A model generated the notes under the pieces. That model made no database searches and was not told the DNA's origin. It saw nothing but the letters and a program-made list of their open reading frames with translations. The translations under genes were made by a program, and so were the position numbers. 64,000 nt of DNA, taken from positions 3,224,001 through 3,288,000 of the forward strand of contig JAWMAR010000015.1 in the NCBI GenBank assembly GCA_036785375.1, in the 5' to 3' direction. Source of the DNA: Leucoraja ocellata (taxonomy: Eukaryota). This document shows, piece by piece, positions 62,865-64,000 of the stretch. The stretch's first letter is position 1. Every line of letters starts with the position of its first letter.

Positions 62865-63188
62865 ATTCTTGAATGAGACCTCTATTCTTGGATCTCATTC
62901 AAGAATAGCTTGCTAGGAAGAGTGTTCATGCCATCCACCTAATCCCATTACTAGCTTTCTGCCACCTTCCCTAGAATGCAAGATATTTTTTAATTTGGAC
63001 TGGCAAAGTTTTGAAATACCTCATCATAAAAATCAGAGTACTTGTCCCAAACTCCATCCACAGGGATATTCATGCCTTTCCTTCCATCCTGTGCAGTGTA
63101 CACATTTGCAAAGTGTACAGCAGCACCCAAGCTTTGGATTTTTTAACCTGGAAACTACCACCTACAAAAGGACAGCAAGCACACACGA

Positions 63189-63457
63189 GGCACAGTTGGT
63201 AGTGCTGCCTCGGTGCCAGAGACCTGGTTTGATCTCGATCTTGGGTGCAGTCTGTGTGGAGTTTGCATGTTCTCTCTGTAACCATTTGGATTTCTTCCAG
63301 TTTCCTCCCACATCCCAAAAGATGTGCAAGGTTTGTAGGTTAATTGTAGGCCTCTAAAATTGCCCCAAGTGTCGGAAGTGGACGAGGAATCGGGACAACA
63401 GAACTAGTGTGAACAGGTGATCAATGGTGGGCCAACTTCCATGCTGTACGTCTGAAA
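63189..63457 (+). mobile_element. V-SINE (HE1-like)
   Basis: gccagagacctggtttgatc head, tgtggagtttgcatgttctc core, ttcctcccacatcccaaa. Confidence 0.85.
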
Positions 63458-63494
63458 ACAAAGTCCCTCTAAAAAAAGTACGCCTTTGATAATT

Positions 63495-63590
63495 GTCTGA
63501 AGAGTCTCAACCCAAAACATCACCCATTCCTTCTCTCCAGAGATGCTGCCTGTCCCACTGAATTACTCCCACTTTTCGTGTCTATCTTTG
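63495..63590 (+). mobile_element. Arm of a Penelope-derived foldback with a degenerate hammerhead core
   Basis: gtctgaagagtctcaacccaaaacatcacccattccttctctccagagatgctgcc. Confidence 0.75.
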
Positions 63591-64000
63591 ATAATTCAAG
63601 CTCATTGCTCATGCAATACCTTTACCCATGTTGCCCACTTGCATTCTTTGAAAATAAAGGCAATCTCATTGATTTGATTCAACTTTACTGTCATTGTGCA
63701 GAATATAAGTACAGAGACAACAAAATGCTTTTTCGGCATACAAATAAAACACAGAACACGATACATAGAACATAAACATCCCCACAGTGGTATCAAAGCG
63801 AGTGAAATTGCAAGCAATATTTGTAGCCAATTTTAAAACATCCAGGATGAAGCCTATAATATAAGCTCTAGCCAACCTAAGACTGAAGGCCAAGAGATGT
63901 CAATTCAGTGGCTCAGACGCCCAGACTCGGGTCCACTGCCTGGATCACTGGCAATAGTCCACTGGCTGATACAAAGAGAGAGATCCAAGATGCAGCAGAG

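Overview
Vertebrate genomic DNA, most likely from a cartilaginous fish (skate/ray-like repeats: HE1-type V-SINEs, HER1/CR1 LINE ends, Rex1/Babar and Penelope-like elements). The minus strand carries two spliced genes in tandem, in the same order as human 12p11. The 3' part of CAPRIN2 has 10 coding exons (61731 to 43669) ending in the C1q domain. The 5' half of IPO8 (importin-8) has exons 2-13 (31485 to 2162). IPO8 exon 1 and its promoter are not visible and probably lie in the 200-N gap at 33448-33647. The non-coding DNA is full of mobile elements. Most notable are (i) many foldback elements derived from Penelope terminal repeats that carry a minimal hammerhead-ribozyme-like core (CTGAAGA-hairpin-GAAACGTC), one of them core-intact and sense inside a CAPRIN2 intron; (ii) six PIF/Harbinger-like MITEs with shared terminal repeats and TAA/TTA flanks but different interiors, one of which contains a hammerhead foldback; and (iii) a 135-bp local duplication with a hairpin at one breakpoint. 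All calls come from reading the sequence by eye; no database search was run.
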